Positions 61,637 through 64,000 of a stretch of 64,000 bases of DNA are shown in pieces. The DNA lies in the NCBI GenBank assembly GCA_030248215.1, contig JASANG010001649.1:62001-126000 (forward strand), given 5' to 3'. The translations under genes were made by a program, and so were the position numbers. This DNA is from Enoplolaimus lenunculus (lineage: Eukaryota). The notes under the pieces were generated by a model. It saw only the letters and a list, made by a program, of their open reading frames with translations, was not told where the DNA came from and searched no databases. Every line of letters starts with the position of its first letter. Position 1 is the stretch's first letter.

Positions 61637-61860
61637 TTAGATAACACCAGCTAAAGAAGGAAAGCGAACAACGAATTTCATCAACGTGTGTACTGATCCA
61701 TTGGTGGATACAAAGGAGTCTCTTGGGTTGAGTGCTCTCCTTCGTATTTTAAGCAAAGAAATTTCGTCAGATATAAAGTCGAAGATGCTTTGAGTTTGAC
61801 CAACATCAGTCACGCGTATGCGTTCAAAGCATGGCTTTGGTTCACAGAACAGGATTGCAA
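61637..61860 (-). CDS. Possible terminal exon of an unidentified upstream gene
   Basis: Strong TTTTCAG acceptor at 61861-61867, then a phase-1 frame open for 73 codons (AILFCEPKPCFERIRVTDVG...FPSLAGVI*). No partner exons or homology recognised. Confidence 0.3.
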
Positions 61861-62921
61861 CTGAAAATTAACATATATTCATGCGAGAAAGGGTTATTCA
61901 CATGTACACACATAATTGTAGAATTAAAACTAATGGATAACTTCAGAACAAACTTGCGCCATTCGATTTTTAAAGCAGACCAAATTTAGGTTTGTAAACC
62001 GTAAATAACCGGTTTAGAGTTTGCGGTGTTCAGTTAAACGGAAATTCGAAACGTTTAAATTTTGAACGACATAAACTATTTACAGTTAAATTAGAGTTCG
62101 AAAATTTCTACTTAGATCTGTAATAAAAACATCTCAAAAACTACTAAAAGGCTATAGTTTTGTCAAAAAATAGCATTTTCAACGTAACTAATAATTCAAA
62201 ATAAACACAACAAGTGTATATATGCGCACTGCCTTGCAAATTTAACACCAACGCAAGTATTAGGCGAAAAACGTTATATCCTTGGGTTTTTTGTTAAAGT
62301 TTTCTTTTTTGCGTCGTTTACGGTTGTTTATTGTTTAATATTATTGACTAAGATTATATTATATCCGAAAATCTTTGCTGTTGTTTTTGTTGTCGAAATT
62401 TGTGTTTATTTTGAACCCAAAGAGAGTCGAGTATCAAGGTGCAATCTGTGAAATAACTCAAACGGGCACTAATTTGTACCGGAAACGAAACAGACACCGA
62501 TTGGTACCGGAACCGAAAACGGGCACCGATTTGTATCGGAAATGAAAACAGATATTGGGTTCAGGACGGAGAGCTAACGGAAAGTTACAGGCGGACAGTG
62601 AAATTTTACAATTCCGGAAAATGTGTACGGTTTAGACAAGTGAAGCTTTCGGACGTTCACGGCGTAGGTAGGAGTTTCATTTTGGGAGCACACAAACTTC
62701 GTGTTTAATGTTTGTTTCTGAGCGAGCTTAGCAAACGAGAAAATGCCTATTTATCGTTCCTGTAAAAATTTCGAGGCCGGATATATTCCTTCCTCGTGCA
62801 CACCTTTGGTTTCATTGTATTTATCATTGCTTGCATAGTACTTTATATATTGTATGTTGAAATTTAAAATTAATTTTGCATTGCTCCCTTTCCAACTATG
62901 ATGCGGTCTCTTAGAAATAAG

Positions 62922-63131
62922 GAACAATGTATAGAACAATTTCTAAGCCTAAGCCTAAGCATAAGCCCAAGCGTAAAAACAAGCCTATAAAGCCTAAGCG
63001 TAAGCCTACGCCTAAGCCTAAGCGTAAGTCTACGCATAAGCCCAAGCATGAGTAAAACATTAATTTAAAGCTTGAGCTTACTGCATTGCAGGCTCATAAA
63101 AAACGTTCCGCCCCCCACCTCTTCATGGGCC
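62922..63131 (+). mobile_element. Telomeric-repeat-bearing MITE copy
   Basis: caatgtatagaac...(gcctaa)n...aacgttccgcccc...catgggcc. Confidence 0.75.
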
Positions 63132-64000
63132 GAAAATAAGGATACATTCAACAAGTTCGTTGAAACAATTCGTCGGTCTCATAATCCTGAAAAAGAGTGT
63201 TCAACATTTAGTTTTCCAAGTTTAAAGACAACAAAACTGGAAGCTACTTGTTTGAGAGAGTTTTTAGAACATGTTAAGTGTAATATAATACAGATAAATC
63301 CGTACACGCGCACATATACCCGAATAAGAAGTTGTTGCAATCGACCCCGTGGTATGTCAGTAAAACGCTTGTCACGGACGTAAGAGGTCTGAGGCTGCAT
63401 TTTAAGCGTAGAATTAAGCTTCACAAAACTTCTGCAAGGGGTTATTTTGAATCTATAGGATTCCAACACTTAACGAGCTGAAATAGTTTTTGGCATAAGT
63501 TGTTCATGAAACTAGAAAATAATGCGCTGTTCACAATAATTTTGTCAACGGTGCCACAAAATATGCAATAGCCCAAAGCTATGACGAGGTCATTTTCAAA
63601 ATGACCTCGTGATAGCCTTGGGCTACAAGAGAAATGTCTTATAACTCCGGGCTACCACGTGTCAGCCCCTTCCTCGAAACTCGTGATGAGTCGGAACTAT
63701 AACTGATTAAATGCAATAATCCCTGGTTTCTGGTTGGTTTCTGGTTCGTTGTTGGTAGCTTGAGGTTATGAGTAATTTAGGACACTTTTAATTATCCAAA
63801 ATAAGTTAACATGAAAAACATTTTGTACGTTATTGCTTTGTTCGTCGCTCATTGCGGTACATCGCTAGCTGTAAGTTTACTATTTACTATATCGTAAAAC
63901 AGTGTAAGAAGAATGTGGTCAAAAATTGGCTAAGAAGGTATAAATTCCATAAAAAAGAATCTACGACAATTTGTCGCCCGACAGTGTCCTATAGCCTATG

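Noticed and set aside
63072..63469. ORFs near the window end, including a QLLIRVY stretch reminiscent of SAMHD1
   Set aside because: The similarity is too short, no supporting exons were found, and the plus-strand ORF begins inside a MITE.

Overview
AT-rich, intron-rich eukaryotic DNA, most likely from a nematode (inferred from abundant TTAGGC telomere-type hexamers and TTTCAG splice acceptors). I reconstructed three minus-strand genes by hand with phase-consistent GT-AG exons. (1) A 6-exon D2-like aminergic GPCR (4197-12005, ~974 aa) with a ~600-aa third intracellular loop. (2) A 28-exon RP1-like gene (30843-52460, ~1302 aa) with two doublecortin domains, a Lys/Thr-rich linker, three IQ motifs and five PLAT/LH2-like repeats. 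(3) A 5-exon secreted 12-Cys protein (58066-61368, ~233 aa) with a central polybasic linker, which I do not recognise. The rest is packed with short non-autonomous elements: a TIR element with internal TTAGGC arrays (20+ copies), hAT-type MITEs with 8-bp TSDs, Tourist/Harbinger-type MITEs with TAA TSDs, a Tc1-like TA MITE, and a Helitron-type element with ~175-bp internal repeats. The oddest local structure is a 7-copy 70-bp tandem array that multiplies a 3' splice site of the RP1-like gene. No prokaryotic system, CRISPR array or autonomous transposase was seen. Novelty cannot be established without database searches.
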